A DNA stretch of 64,000 nt from Candidatus Nanoarchaeia archaeon (GTDB lineage: Archaea > Nanobdellota > Nanobdellia > SCGC-AAA011-G17 > JACPNG01), in NCBI GenBank assembly GCA_028714095.1, contig JAQTMY010000002.1, positions 14,636-78,635 of the forward strand, written 5' to 3'. The translations under genes and the position numbers were made by a program. This document shows, one piece after another, positions 9,658 through 19,309 of this stretch (position 1 is its first letter; each line of letters starts with the position of its first letter). The notes beneath the pieces were generated by a model that saw nothing but the letters and a program-made list of their open reading frames with translations, made no database searches and had not been told where the DNA came from.

Positions 9658-10120
9658 TAAAGTTTCTTTGATAGACTATTGTATTCCTTGTAAGGCTAGA
9701 TGTTGCAAGACTGGAAAATTAATCGGATCTCCTATCCTCTCAAATAAAGAAGCAGGGAGAATAGGTAAAAACAATCTTAAAAAAGTAAAATTTCCTAAAG
9801 GAGAATATTGGGTTATCAAAGAGCAACAAAGTACTAATCGATGCTTTTTTTTAAATAAACAAAATAAATGTAAACTTCAAAATCTAAAACCTCTTGATTG
9901 TTTATGTTATCCAATTAAAGCAGTTTATGAAAAAGATCTTATAAGATTTATAACTGATTCTGATTGTCCGGCCTCAAGCTTTCTTAATAAAGAATTTATT
10001 AGAGAATCTAAAAAAATAGCTATTAAATCTATCAAACGTTTTGATAGAGAGACATATCAGCATTGGTTAGATAACTATGTAGGATGGGTTAGAAAGACCA
10101 TCAAATTAAATAAAGTTTAA
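9644..10120 (+). CDS. YkgJ-family cysteine-cluster (Zn/Fe-S) protein
   Basis: CxxCxxxCC, CFFL, C...KPLDCLCYP, CP. Confidence 0.85.
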   Translation: MNQNNKVSLIDYCIPCKARCCKTGKLIGSPILSNKEAGRIGKNNLKKVKFPKGEYWVIKEQQSTNRCFFLNKQNKCKLQNLKPLDCLCYPIKAVYEKDLIRFITDSDCPASSFLNKEFIRESKKIAIKSIKRFDRETYQHWLDNYVGWVRKTIKLNKV

Positions 10121-10193
10121 GCTTCCGCCGAGATTCGGACTCGGGACCCCGTCCTTACCAAGGACGTGCTCTACCAGACTGAGCCACGGAAGC
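10120..10193 (-). tRNA. tRNA-Thr(GGT)
   Basis: Cloverleaf GCTTCCG/CGGAAGC, anticodon arm CGTCC-TTGGTAA-GGACG, no encoded CCA. Confidence 0.93.
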
Positions 10194-10200
10194 AAGAGTC

Positions 10201-10285
10201 TGAGGGGGACGAGATTTGAACTCGCGTAGACACTAAGTCACAGGATCTTAAGTCCTGCCCATTTTCCAGGCTCTGGCACCCCCTC
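10201..10285 (-). tRNA. tRNA-Leu(TAA)
   Basis: GAGGGGG/CCCCCTC-A, anticodon arm CAGGA-CTTAAGA-TCCTG, long variable arm. Confidence 0.95.
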
Positions 10286-10350
10286 ATTAGAATGAAAACA
10301 CTTGTATTTTGTTTATAAATCTTTTTATATGAGTTCTTCTCCTTAATCCC

Positions 10351-10692
10351 ATGGACATAAAAGAAGTTCCAAAAGGATGGGGTAAGGAGCTCTGGATAGT
10401 TAATAATGAGTTATATTGTGGAAAAAAATTAGTTCTTGAAAAAGGAAAACAGTGCAGCCTGCATTTTCATATCAAGAAAGATGAAACATTTTATATCCAG
10501 TCAGGAAAGGTAAAAATGGAAATAACCCATAATGACGGAAAAAAAGAAACTTTAATTATGAATCCAGGAGATAAGTTACATATAACCCCAGGATTAATCC
10601 ATAGGTTTTATGGCCTGGAAGATTCTGAAATCTTTGAATTTTCAACCCAGCACTTTGACGAAGACAGCTATAGGGTTGAAAAAGGAAATTAG
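10351..10692 (+). CDS. Cupin-domain protein (sugar isomerase-like)
   Basis: KGWGKE, SLHFHIKKDETF, PGLIHRF, EFST. Confidence 0.85.
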   Translation: MDIKEVPKGWGKELWIVNNELYCGKKLVLEKGKQCSLHFHIKKDETFYIQSGKVKMEITHNDGKKETLIMNPGDKLHITPGLIHRFYGLEDSEIFEFSTQHFDEDSYRVEKGN

Positions 10693-10771
10693 AGGAACAG
10701 CCTCGAAAATTAGAAGCATTTATATACTTGCTCTCCAACTAAATATAATATTTTATTAAAGGAGGTGCAAA

Positions 10772-10936
10772 ATGGCAAAGTTATTACTTAAAACCCACCT
10801 TAAAAGAGAATCAGGAAAACTTTACTTCTTGAAAGGAAGTCCTTTAGCTCTTTACGAAGTTAACATGAAGCGTGGTGGAACAAAGAAAAAAGCAAAGACT
10901 TCCAAGAAGAAAACAACAAAAAGAAAGAGAAGATAA
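10772..10936 (+). CDS. Small basic 54-aa protein, putative nucleic-acid/chromatin binder (Cc1-like)
   Basis: Not in the ORF track. Strong GGAGGTG SD; MAKLLLKTHLKRESGKLYFLKGSPLALYEVNMKRGGTKKKAKTSKKKTTKRKRR; T-rich tract downstream. Confidence 0.8.
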   Translation: MAKLLLKTHLKRESGKLYFLKGSPLALYEVNMKRGGTKKKAKTSKKKTTKRKRR

Positions 10937-10975
10937 ATCTAAAAAAGATTTATTTATTTTTTTATTTATTATAAT

Positions 10976-12355
10976 TTATTTTTCTGCAAGAATTTTAGCC
11001 AATCCTGTATAGTTTGTAGGGGTTATTCTCTTAAGCTCATCTTTGATTTTTTCATCAATATCCAACCCGTCAATGAATTTGGCAAAATCATCCATTGTTA
11101 CCTTTTTTCCTCTTGTAAATTCCTTAACTTTCTCATAGGATTCATCAAGTCCCTCCCTTCTTAGTATTGTCTGAATTGCTTCAGCAATAACTTCAGGATG
11201 TTTTTTTAATTCATCGATCACTTTTTCTTCATCAACAGATATTTTTCCAAGTCCATTCATTACAGCTTTATATGCAATTAGGCTATGGGCCATTGCTACC
11301 CCAAAATTCCTTTTTACTGTTGAGTTTGTTAAATCTCTCTGCAATCTTGAAATAGGAAGTTTCCTCGCAAAGAATTCATACATTGCATTAGAAAATTCTT
11401 CATTTCCTTCGCCGTTTTCAAAGTTTATTGGGTTAACTTTGTGGGGCATTGTTGATGAACCTGTTTCTGTTGCAACAACTTTTTGTTTAATCCATCCATC
11501 ACTGATATATCTCCACATATCCTGGTTAAAATCGGTCAGTATGCGATTAAACAACATAATTTTATTAAATAAATCAACATAAGAATCACTTGATTCTATC
11601 TGGGTTGTTATTAGACTGGGTTTTAACTTGATAATTCTATCATCCTCACCTAGACTGTTTAATTTTCCTACAAAATCTACTGTGAAATTTTCCCAGTTAA
11701 TATTTGGATAAGCAACATGATGGGCGTTGTAATTTCCTGTTGCACCATTAAGTTTTACAAGAAGTTCACTGGAAGTAATTTTTTCAATTTGAGTTTCAAG
11801 CCTGGAAGCAAAAACCTTGAACTCTTTTCCAAACGTAGTAGGAGATGCAGGTTGTCCATGAGTTCTGGCTAGCATTGGAACATTGCTGTATTCATGGGCA
11901 AAATTATATATCCTTTCTTGAACATCTTCCATATTTGGGAGCATGACATACTCTAATCCATTACTTACCATTAATGCATAAGCGGCATTATTCACGTCTT
12001 CAGATGTTAAGGCAAAATGAACCCACTCCTTGCAGTCTGATAAAGAACTTTGTTCTAATCTTTGTTTCATAAAATATTCTACTGCTTTAACATCATGGTT
12101 TGTTTTCTTTTCAATTTTTTTAATTTCAAGAGCATCTTCCTTTAAAATATTATGCATATCTCTTATTCTGTATTTTTCTTCTGGGCTAAATTCTCTTACA
12201 TCTATCCTAGGATGTTCAGAAAGTGCAATTAAATATTCTCCTTCTACAAGAATACGATAACTCATCAAAGCTTTTTCGCTAAAGAAAGGTGAAAGTTCTC
12301 TAGTATCTTCATAATATCTCCCATCAATTGGGCTTATTGCATCAAGCGGATCCAT
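10976..12355 (-). CDS. purB: Adenylosuccinate lyase
   Basis: AISPIDGRY, TNHDVKAVEY, HFALTSED, RTHGQPA, GSSTMPHKVNP. Confidence 0.97.
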   Translation of the reverse strand: MDPLDAISPIDGRYYEDTRELSPFFSEKALMSYRILVEGEYLIALSEHPRIDVREFSPEEKYRIRDMHNILKEDALEIKKIEKKTNHDVKAVEYFMKQRLEQSSLSDCKEWVHFALTSEDVNNAAYALMVSNGLEYVMLPNMEDVQERIYNFAHEYSNVPMLARTHGQPASPTTFGKEFKVFASRLETQIEKITSSELLVKLNGATGNYNAHHVAYPNINWENFTVDFVGKLNSLGEDDRIIKLKPSLITTQIESSDSYVDLFNKIMLFNRILTDFNQDMWRYISDGWIKQKVVATETGSSTMPHKVNPINFENGEGNEEFSNAMYEFFARKLPISRLQRDLTNSTVKRNFGVAMAHSLIAYKAVMNGLGKISVDEEKVIDELKKHPEVIAEAIQTILRREGLDESYEKVKEFTRGKKVTMDDFAKFIDGLDIDEKIKDELKRITPTNYTGLAKILAEK

Positions 12356-12417
12356 GTAAAAAACCTATTATTTAGTCTAATAAAGCTTTATTGGTTTATA
12401 TCCTATATTTTATAATA

Positions 12418-12489
12418 AGCCCCTAGCAGGGATTGAACCTGCGACCTAATGCTTACGAAGCATTTGCTCTACCGCTAAGCTATAGGGGC
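12418..12489 (-). tRNA. tRNA-Thr(CGT)
   Basis: GCCCCTA/TAGGGGC, anticodon arm AATGC-TTCGTAA-GCATT, GGTTCAATCC. Confidence 0.95.
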
Positions 12490-12490
12490 A

Positions 12491-12628
12491 TTAAATCTTC
12501 TCTAGAATTTCTTCTTTCGTGTATTTTCTCTGGCAGTTACTGCATATAGCTTTTTTCTTAAAGAAAGTTCCTTTTATCTTTTCCAAAAAAGTTTCCTGTA
12601 TTTTCTCCTTGCAAATCTCGCATTTCAT
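12491..12628 (-). CDS. Small 45-aa zinc-finger protein
   Basis: Not in the ORF track. MKCEICKEKIQETFLEKIKGTFFKKKAICSNCQRKYTKEEILEKI, with two CxxC motifs. Confidence 0.75.
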   Translation of the reverse strand: MKCEICKEKIQETFLEKIKGTFFKKKAICSNCQRKYTKEEILEKI

Positions 12629-12700
12629 AGTCTAAACTTAAATTTAAGATATTATAAACTTTACCAAAACTTTATTAAATTAAATAACTAGGCTTATCTT

Positions 12701-14467
12701 ATGACTAGGATTGCTGTTGTTAAAAAGGATAAATGCAACTCTGCTAAATGCAACTGGCTTTGTTTTAATCTCTGTCCTATTAACAGGACAGGAAAGGACT
12801 GCATAACAAAACAGGATGACAAAAAACCAAGGATAGATGAGAAGCTATGTACTGGTTGCGGTATCTGCCCTAACCGATGTCCTTATGAAGCAATCTCAAT
12901 AATAAATTTGCCTGAAAAACTAAAGCAAGAACCAATAATAAGGTTTAACTATAATACTTTTGAATTATTTTCTTTACCAGTTCCAAAGCATAATAAAGTA
13001 ATTGGAATCTTAGGAAGAAATGGAATTGGAAAATCTACAGCATTATCTTTATTGTCTGGATTGATAAAGCCAAACTTTGGTGATTTCAAGAGTCCTCCAA
13101 AAGACGAAGAAATTATCCATAAATTTTCAAACTCAGAGTTAGGATTATATCTTAAAGGATTGTATGATGGGAAAATAAAATGTTCATACAAACCACAAAG
13201 GATAGAATTATTGCCGCAGTTTTACAAAGGAAAAGTAAAAGACCTGGTAAAAAAAGTTGATGAAAAAAACCTTTCAGAGTTATTGCTTAATCAACTTGAG
13301 TTAAACCACTTGCTTAACAGGGATATTTCAGAATTATCAGGGGGGGAACTTCAAAGACTGGCAATACTTGCATGTTTGGCAAGAAATGCTCATTTCTATT
13401 TTATTGATGAGCCAGCTTCTTTTTTAGATGTAACCCAAAGAATTAAGGTAGCTAAATTAATCAAGGAACTGACTAAAGATTCATCTGTAATTGTTGTTGA
13501 GCACGACTTAGCAACTTTGGATTATATTAGTGATGAAATCCAGATTGTTTATGGTGTCCCTGCTGTTTATGGTATTTTTTCCCAGTCAAAATCAACAAGA
13601 AGAGGAATCAATGAATACCTGGATGGCTATCTTCCTGATGATAATATAAGATTCAGGGATTATAAGATTAAATTTTCAGATGCAGCAATTTCCAAAGATG
13701 TTCAGAAAGAAGTTGATTATGAGTATCCTGCCTTAGATAAAGAATTTAAAGATTTTGTTTTAAAAGTTTCTCCAGGTAAACTGCATAAAGGAGAAGTCCT
13801 AGCTGTAATGGGGGCTAATGGATTGGGTAAAACTACTTTTATCAAAATGCTTGCAGGTCTTGAAAAACCTTCTTCGTCAAATAAATTAGAACCAATAAAA
13901 GTTGCATATAAACCCCAATATTTACATGCTGTAGATGGAACAGTAGAGGAATTTTTAAGAAAAGTTGCTGGTTCAGAATATGAATCAGGATGGTACAAGC
14001 AGAATATTTTGGAAAAGTTAGGAATACATTATATTTTAAGGAATGAAATAAAAAATCTATCAGGAGGAGAACTGCAAAAAGTTTATGTTGCAGCAACTTT
14101 ATCTACAGATGCAAGGATATTTGCTCTTGACGAGCCCTCTGCCTTTGTTGATGTTGAGGATCGTTTAAAGGTAGCAGAAGTTATAAAAGAATTTACAATT
14201 AAAAAAGAAGTTGCTACTATTGTAGTTGACCATGACGTCCAGTTTATTGATTATCTTGCTGATTCTATGTTGGTATTTGAAGGTAATCCAGGAAAAGAAG
14301 GTTTTGTTCTCAGTCCATTAAATAAGAGAGAAGGGATGAACAAGGTTCTGAAATTACTTGATATTACTTATAGAAGAGATAAGGAAAATAATCGTCCTAG
14401 GATTAATAAACCAGGCTCTCAGTTAGATGAACAGCAAAGAGAAAAAGGAGAATACTATTATAGTTAA
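12701..14467 (+). CDS. rli: Ribosome recycling ATPase ABCE1/Rli1
   Basis: N-terminal 2x[4Fe-4S] Cys motifs and two ABC domains (GRNGIGKS, GANGLGKT, LSGGELQ twice). Confidence 0.97.
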   Translation: MTRIAVVKKDKCNSAKCNWLCFNLCPINRTGKDCITKQDDKKPRIDEKLCTGCGICPNRCPYEAISIINLPEKLKQEPIIRFNYNTFELFSLPVPKHNKVIGILGRNGIGKSTALSLLSGLIKPNFGDFKSPPKDEEIIHKFSNSELGLYLKGLYDGKIKCSYKPQRIELLPQFYKGKVKDLVKKVDEKNLSELLLNQLELNHLLNRDISELSGGELQRLAILACLARNAHFYFIDEPASFLDVTQRIKVAKLIKELTKDSSVIVVEHDLATLDYISDEIQIVYGVPAVYGIFSQSKSTRRGINEYLDGYLPDDNIRFRDYKIKFSDAAISKDVQKEVDYEYPALDKEFKDFVLKVSPGKLHKGEVLAVMGANGLGKTTFIKMLAGLEKPSSSNKLEPIKVAYKPQYLHAVDGTVEEFLRKVAGSEYESGWYKQNILEKLGIHYILRNEIKNLSGGELQKVYVAATLSTDARIFALDEPSAFVDVEDRLKVAEVIKEFTIKKEVATIVVDHDVQFIDYLADSMLVFEGNPGKEGFVLSPLNKREGMNKVLKLLDITYRRDKENNRPRINKPGSQLDEQQREKGEYYYS

Positions 14468-15018
14468 ATTAAATTCTTTTTTTCTAATAGCCTCCATGGA
14501 TAACCTTTAAAGTCCTGTTCCCCGATTTTTGCTCCAATTTCTTCCAAGATTTTAAATAAATATTTTTTAGCTTCTTCAATGCTGGAAAAATTTCCTTTGG
14601 CTTCAACCTCAATGAAATTTCCCAATTCTTTTACATTATCTATTGCAATTAAAGTGTTTTTATAGCTCCAAGTCTTTCTTGTTTTATCTACTACAATGAG
14701 GTCCTTAATCCCAAGATTTTTAAAAATCCGCTTTAAAGAATTAATATCATCTATTTTAGTTTCAAACTCATCACAGGAAACACAATTTCCTTCTTTATTG
14801 TGCCAGTTTTTGTAATTTAAGCTGAATCCTTTTTTACTTTCTCTTATTCTCAGCCATTCAGATATTGGTTTTTTCTCAAGAAAATTCCTGTGAGGCAAGT
14901 TATAATAATAATCTTTTTCATTGGATTCTTTTTCAAACTTTGAGGTTAATTTTAGTTTTTTTACTAATTCTTCAGTGTTTAGGAGAGGAAATTTAAGTTC
15001 TATCTCAATATTTTCCAT
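14464..15018 (-). CDS. cyaB: CYTH-domain protein (class IV adenylate cyclase-like)
   Basis: EIELK, LRIR, VDKTR, LGNFIEVE. Confidence 0.88.
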   Translation of the reverse strand: MENIEIELKFPLLNTEELVKKLKLTSKFEKESNEKDYYYNLPHRNFLEKKPISEWLRIRESKKGFSLNYKNWHNKEGNCVSCDEFETKIDDINSLKRIFKNLGIKDLIVVDKTRKTWSYKNTLIAIDNVKELGNFIEVEAKGNFSSIEEAKKYLFKILEEIGAKIGEQDFKGYPWRLLEKKNLI

Positions 15019-15261
15019 CCCAATATTAAGTTAATCTCTTATTAAAAGTTTATTGTGATTGACCAAAATCCTTATAAATCTCATCAAGTTCTTTTTTAGC
15101 TTAACAAACATCCAGCCTTTCTAGGCTTTTTTTAAAAGAGGAATTATCTCTCAGAACTATCTTTCTTTTATTAAAAGACTTGGAAAACGCTGGAAAAACA
15201 AATTGAAAGGGAAAAAATTCGTCAAAAAGAAAAAATCCAAAAAACATAAGGAGTAAACATT

Positions 15262-15609
15262 ATGTGTAGCATCTGTGACGATCCCTATTCCCCTGAGTTT
15301 AGTAAAGAGGAAATGAAAGAAATAATCTTGAGGGGAAAAGAAGAAAATGGTCCTGAAAAATGGGAAATCAGCGATTGGAATCGCCTTTTAGAGCACCTTT
15401 TTTCATTCGGAGGAGATGGTTGTCCAATTTGCAAGACTTTATTTAATGAAGCAGATTCAGACTTAATGAACGATCCAATCTGGATTAAGCATAGAATCAA
15501 GAAAGGTGAATACGAAAATCCTGAAGAAATGAAGAGATCAGCAGAAGAAATCACCAAACGAAGGGGAGAGTTTCATGCCGCAAAAGAAGATTACTTGGGC
15601 AAACAATGA
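15262..15609 (+). CDS. Hypothetical protein with two CxxC motifs
   Basis: AAGGAG SD; CSIC and CPIC; own promoter and terminator. Confidence 0.65.
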   Translation: MCSICDDPYSPEFSKEEMKEIILRGKEENGPEKWEISDWNRLLEHLFSFGGDGCPICKTLFNEADSDLMNDPIWIKHRIKKGEYENPEEMKRSAEEITKRRGEFHAAKEDYLGKQ

Positions 15610-15632
15610 AACAAGCACTCCTAACAGGATCG

Positions 15633-15666
15633 AAAGAAAAAGTCTCAACTGAGAGGCTTTTTCTTT
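15633..15666. terminator. Bidirectional hairpin terminator candidate
   Basis: AAAGAAAAAGTCTC-AACTGA-GAGGCTTTTTCTTT, a 14-bp stem between convergent genes. Confidence 0.65.
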
Positions 15667-15688
15667 AACAACAAGGTATATACTAGTA

Positions 15689-16930
15689 TCAATAATAAAC
15701 AAAATTACCACACAACTCTTTTACTCTTTCATTTATTTTTTTTCTTAGTTCAATATCAGAATAATTATGAATTATTTTGGAAATATAATCCCCAACAATT
15801 TCCATCTCACTTTCCTTCATCCCTCTTGTTGTTAATATTGGAGTTCCTAATCTTATCCCAGAAGGCTTGAATGGAGTTGAAGGATCAAAAGGAATTGTAT
15901 TAGCATTAGTAATTATTCCAGCCTCTTCCAGAGCAACAGCAACTTCTTTTCCAATACCTTCTTTATTCAAAGTTTTAATCAAGTCAATCAAGATTAAATG
16001 AGTGTCAGTCCCATCAGAAACTAATTTTATATTCTCAGACATTAATTTAGAAGCTAGAACTCTAGCATTTCTAACAATTTGATGACTGTATTCTTTAAAT
16101 TCAGGTTTCATTGCTTCATTAAAAGCAACAGCCTTTGCAGCAATTGAATTCTCATGAGGGCCTCCCTGCAGTCCAGGAAAGACAGCTTTGTCAATCTCTT
16201 TTGCAAATCTCTCCTTGCATAAGATTATTGCTCCTCTCGGCCCTCTTAGTGTTTTATGTGTAGTTGAAGTAACTACATCAGTAAAAGGAAAAGGACTTGG
16301 ATGAGCATCTCCAGCAATCAAACCAGCAATATGTGCCATGTCCACCATGCTTATTGCATTTACACTTTGAGAAATGTCATGGAACTCTTTAAAATTAATC
16401 TGTCTAGGATATGCAGTATAACCGCTTAAAATTAATTTTGGTTTTTCAAGCTCAGCTAACTTTCTTATCTTATCCATATCAAGTAATCCAGTTTCTTTTT
16501 CAACTCCGTATTCTACAAAATTATAATACTTGCCAGAAAAATTTACTTTAGATCCATGGGTTAGATGCCCTCCATGACTTAAGTTCATTCCTAATATTTT
16601 ATCCCCTAGATTAAGCAAACCAAAATAAACAGCCATGTTTGCAGGGCTTCCAGAATGCGGTTGTACGTTTGCATGCTCAGCATTGAATAATTTCTTTGCT
16701 CTTTCAATAGCTAAAATTTCAACCTCATCAATAAACCTGTTTCCCTGATAATATCTTTTTTTGGGATATCCCTCAGAATATTTGTTCATCAACACACTTC
16801 CAGCAGCTTCCAGAACAGCCTTGCTGCAATAATTCTCAGAAGGAATCATATTAAGTTCATTTTTTTGTCTAAGAACCTCTTCCTGGATTAAATCATAAAT
16901 TTCTTTATCTGTATCAAAGATATTTTTCAT
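15689..16930 (-). CDS. glyA: Serine hydroxymethyltransferase (bacterial type)
   Basis: NKYSEGYP, GGHLTHG, DMAHIAGL, TTHKTLRGPRG. Confidence 0.98.
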   Translation of the reverse strand: MKNIFDTDKEIYDLIQEEVLRQKNELNMIPSENYCSKAVLEAAGSVLMNKYSEGYPKKRYYQGNRFIDEVEILAIERAKKLFNAEHANVQPHSGSPANMAVYFGLLNLGDKILGMNLSHGGHLTHGSKVNFSGKYYNFVEYGVEKETGLLDMDKIRKLAELEKPKLILSGYTAYPRQINFKEFHDISQSVNAISMVDMAHIAGLIAGDAHPSPFPFTDVVTSTTHKTLRGPRGAIILCKERFAKEIDKAVFPGLQGGPHENSIAAKAVAFNEAMKPEFKEYSHQIVRNARVLASKLMSENIKLVSDGTDTHLILIDLIKTLNKEGIGKEVAVALEEAGIITNANTIPFDPSTPFKPSGIRLGTPILTTRGMKESEMEIVGDYISKIIHNYSDIELRKKINERVKELCGNFVYY

Positions 16931-18489
16931 AAGGGTCCAACTCTGCTCATTCTTTCAGTTTTTTCTTCAGATTTAAGTCTTCCTAACTCCTCTTCAGTGT
17001 AGTTACAAACTAAATATTTGGAAAGCAGAGGTTGTTTCTCTTTCATGATCTCATAAATCCTATAAGCAATTTTTCTATAAGATTCATGAGCTAATGGAAT
17101 AGTTCTTAACTTAATTAAATGAGAGATTTCTCTTAAATTCATTGTCAATAAATATCTTTTCTTAAATCCCAAAGGCAATAAGTACTGAGCTTGCAATGGA
17201 TATTTTTCACTTACTTTTTCATAAATCTCTTTTGCCCTATCCATCGCTTCCTTGTATTTTATTTCCATTCCAGCATTGATAATATCTTTAGGCACATCAT
17301 AACCTAGATTTGTTGTGAATCGTTGATTTGTCTGCGTACATATCCTGTGTCTTTGCAGATCTCTAAAAGCACCATAATCAATTATGATATCAAAAGTGAA
17401 CTGTATATGCTCTAATTCTCTCATAGGCCAGTCATGCTCTGTCATATCTTTGAGGAAAGTATCAAATATTTTTTCCCTTTCCTCATGACTCATATGCTTG
17501 ATTTTTTCCCTTATATTTGAAAATGGTTCTTTCTTATACTTATACAATATAGAGGAAATTATCATTTCTTCTGCATCAGTAGGATTGTAGACTAAAGTTA
17601 CAGGCTCTGCATTATGATTCATAATATCAAAAGTATCTCCTAACCAAGTCATTTCTCTCCTTGTTTTGATTAAATAATTTTTTTCATCAGCATATCTTAA
17701 TAAAGAAGGCAAAACCTTGGAAGCCTCCTGTTTTATCTCTTCTCCAAGTTCTTTCATCTCTTTTAGTGGATGGGATTTTAACTTGCTTATCGCATGGCTT
17801 AGTTGTCTTGCATTTACAGTCCATCCTAAACTTGTTTTTGTGCATGTAGGCAATAAATATCTTATTGCATCAAATCTTCTTGCTCCGCAAGCTCTCTCCC
17901 ATGCAGCCTCATTCATATCTTGTTGTAAGGGAACTATAGATTTGACATAATTTAATACAGGATCATGCATTTCCAGATAAACCTTGAATAATTCATTGAG
18001 ATATTTTTTTATATCCTCATAATACTCTGAATTTTTTAAATCCTCATCTATGTAAAAGGAGCTTGTATCAAAAGAAACATATCTTGTTGACTTTTCAATA
18101 AAAGAACATAGTCTGTTATCTTCTATTACCTTTGTTGCTAAAATACTTATTCCTTCTAAACTCAATCCTATTACAGCACCCTCTGCAACAGAGCTGTGTC
18201 CATAACCCAGTACCCATCTTTCCATGAACTGTATTGCTTTTTCTGTTGCATTTTTTGATTCTAATCCTCCTTTTATCTTTTCAATCTCGTCTTTTAGTTT
18301 TTCAAAATTAGAAGTATCTTCTTTTAATAATTTCAGGAAGCTCTCTCTCATTCCTTCCTTAGATCTGCTGTATCTTGCCTGCATCAAAGCCCATACTTCA
18401 GGATGAAAATTTTTAGTGGCAAATACTTTCCTGTCAGAATTAGTAAAGAAATAGTTTAGTACTATTTTTTCTTGGTCTGAATATTCCAT
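16927..18489 (-). CDS. thyX: Flavin-dependent thymidylate synthase, long duplicated-domain form
   Basis: GYGHSSVAE, EKSTRY, RYLLP, RDLQRHR, NLRE. Start moved to MEYSDQ next to the tmk stop. Confidence 0.92.
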   Translation of the reverse strand: MEYSDQEKIVLNYFFTNSDRKVFATKNFHPEVWALMQARYSRSKEGMRESFLKLLKEDTSNFEKLKDEIEKIKGGLESKNATEKAIQFMERWVLGYGHSSVAEGAVIGLSLEGISILATKVIEDNRLCSFIEKSTRYVSFDTSSFYIDEDLKNSEYYEDIKKYLNELFKVYLEMHDPVLNYVKSIVPLQQDMNEAAWERACGARRFDAIRYLLPTCTKTSLGWTVNARQLSHAISKLKSHPLKEMKELGEEIKQEASKVLPSLLRYADEKNYLIKTRREMTWLGDTFDIMNHNAEPVTLVYNPTDAEEMIISSILYKYKKEPFSNIREKIKHMSHEEREKIFDTFLKDMTEHDWPMRELEHIQFTFDIIIDYGAFRDLQRHRICTQTNQRFTTNLGYDVPKDIINAGMEIKYKEAMDRAKEIYEKVSEKYPLQAQYLLPLGFKKRYLLTMNLREISHLIKLRTIPLAHESYRKIAYRIYEIMKEKQPLLSKYLVCNYTEEELGRLKSEEKTERMSRVGPL

Positions 18490-18490
18490 T

Positions 18491-19120
18491 TTAAATATCT
18501 TCAAATAGTCTTTCTTTTTTAATGACTTCAAGAATCTTTTTATGAATTTCTTCTATGCTTCTGCTTGCATCTATAATCCTTACTTTGTGTTCTGGAAGTC
18601 TTTCTGATAATTCTAAATAGTTTAATCTTACTTTTTTTAGAAATTCAATTTTTTCAAAAAGAGTTTTTTGATCTCTTCCAGAATCATCAATTCTTTGCAT
18701 GGCATGTTCTGGGGATATATCAAATAATAATGTTAGATCAGGAACAGGAAGTCCTCTGTGTTTAGCTATCATGTTATTTAGGTTTTGCCCCTGTGCCTGC
18801 TGATAAGCCAAAGTAGATAAAATATACCTATCACATATTACAATCCCCCCATATTCCAGTGTAGGATTAATTAAATTTTCAATATGATGTCTTCTGTCTC
18901 CAACAAAAAGATTCAAAAAAACTTCAGATTCTGCCAAGCCTGTTTGATTTTTAAGTAATTTATTTAACTGAATTCCTTGTTCTGATTGCAATGTTGGTTC
19001 TCTTGTTATTAAAACATGATTTTTTTTGGACAAATCAAAAAGAAATCTTGACAATATATTTATCTGAGTACTTTTCCCGCACCCATCTATCCCCTCAAAC
19101 ACAATAAATTTGCCTCTCAT
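18491..19120 (-). CDS. tmk: Thymidylate kinase
   Basis: FEGIDGCGKSTQ, TREP, CDRY, AYQ. Confidence 0.96.
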   Translation of the reverse strand: MRGKFIVFEGIDGCGKSTQINILSRFLFDLSKKNHVLITREPTLQSEQGIQLNKLLKNQTGLAESEVFLNLFVGDRRHHIENLINPTLEYGGIVICDRYILSTLAYQQAQGQNLNNMIAKHRGLPVPDLTLLFDISPEHAMQRIDDSGRDQKTLFEKIEFLKKVRLNYLELSERLPEHKVRIIDASRSIEEIHKKILEVIKKERLFEDI

Positions 19121-19256
19121 TTCCTTTTTTAAGTTTAGTTTTCTATTTAAAGATTTAACAACTAAATTATATAAATTATTCTAAAAATTTCGCATAAAAT
19201 TTGTTAATTATATTCTCTAGACTATAAATGTTTATAAACATCTATTTTCTACAACA

Positions 19257-19304
19257 ACACTATATATTGTGGTGTTATACTAAAATACCTACAATAGGTT
19301 GTTA
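19257..19304 (+). promoter_or_regulatory. Tandem NrdR boxes downstream of TATA box TTTATAAA (19231-19238)
   Basis: ACACTATATATTGTGG (19257) matches consensus acaCwAtATaTwGtg; a second box CTACAATAGGTTGTTA starts 32 bp later (19289). Confidence 0.8.
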
Positions 19305-19309
19305 CCACT

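Noticed and set aside
10120-10285. tRNAs as attachment sites of an integrated element
   Set aside because: No integrase or transposase in the window and no duplicated tRNA 3' end noticed.
16927-18489. Unusually long ThyX as intein-containing
   Set aside because: No intein terminal motifs or LAGLIDADG blocks seen; the length fits the duplicated-domain ThyX form.
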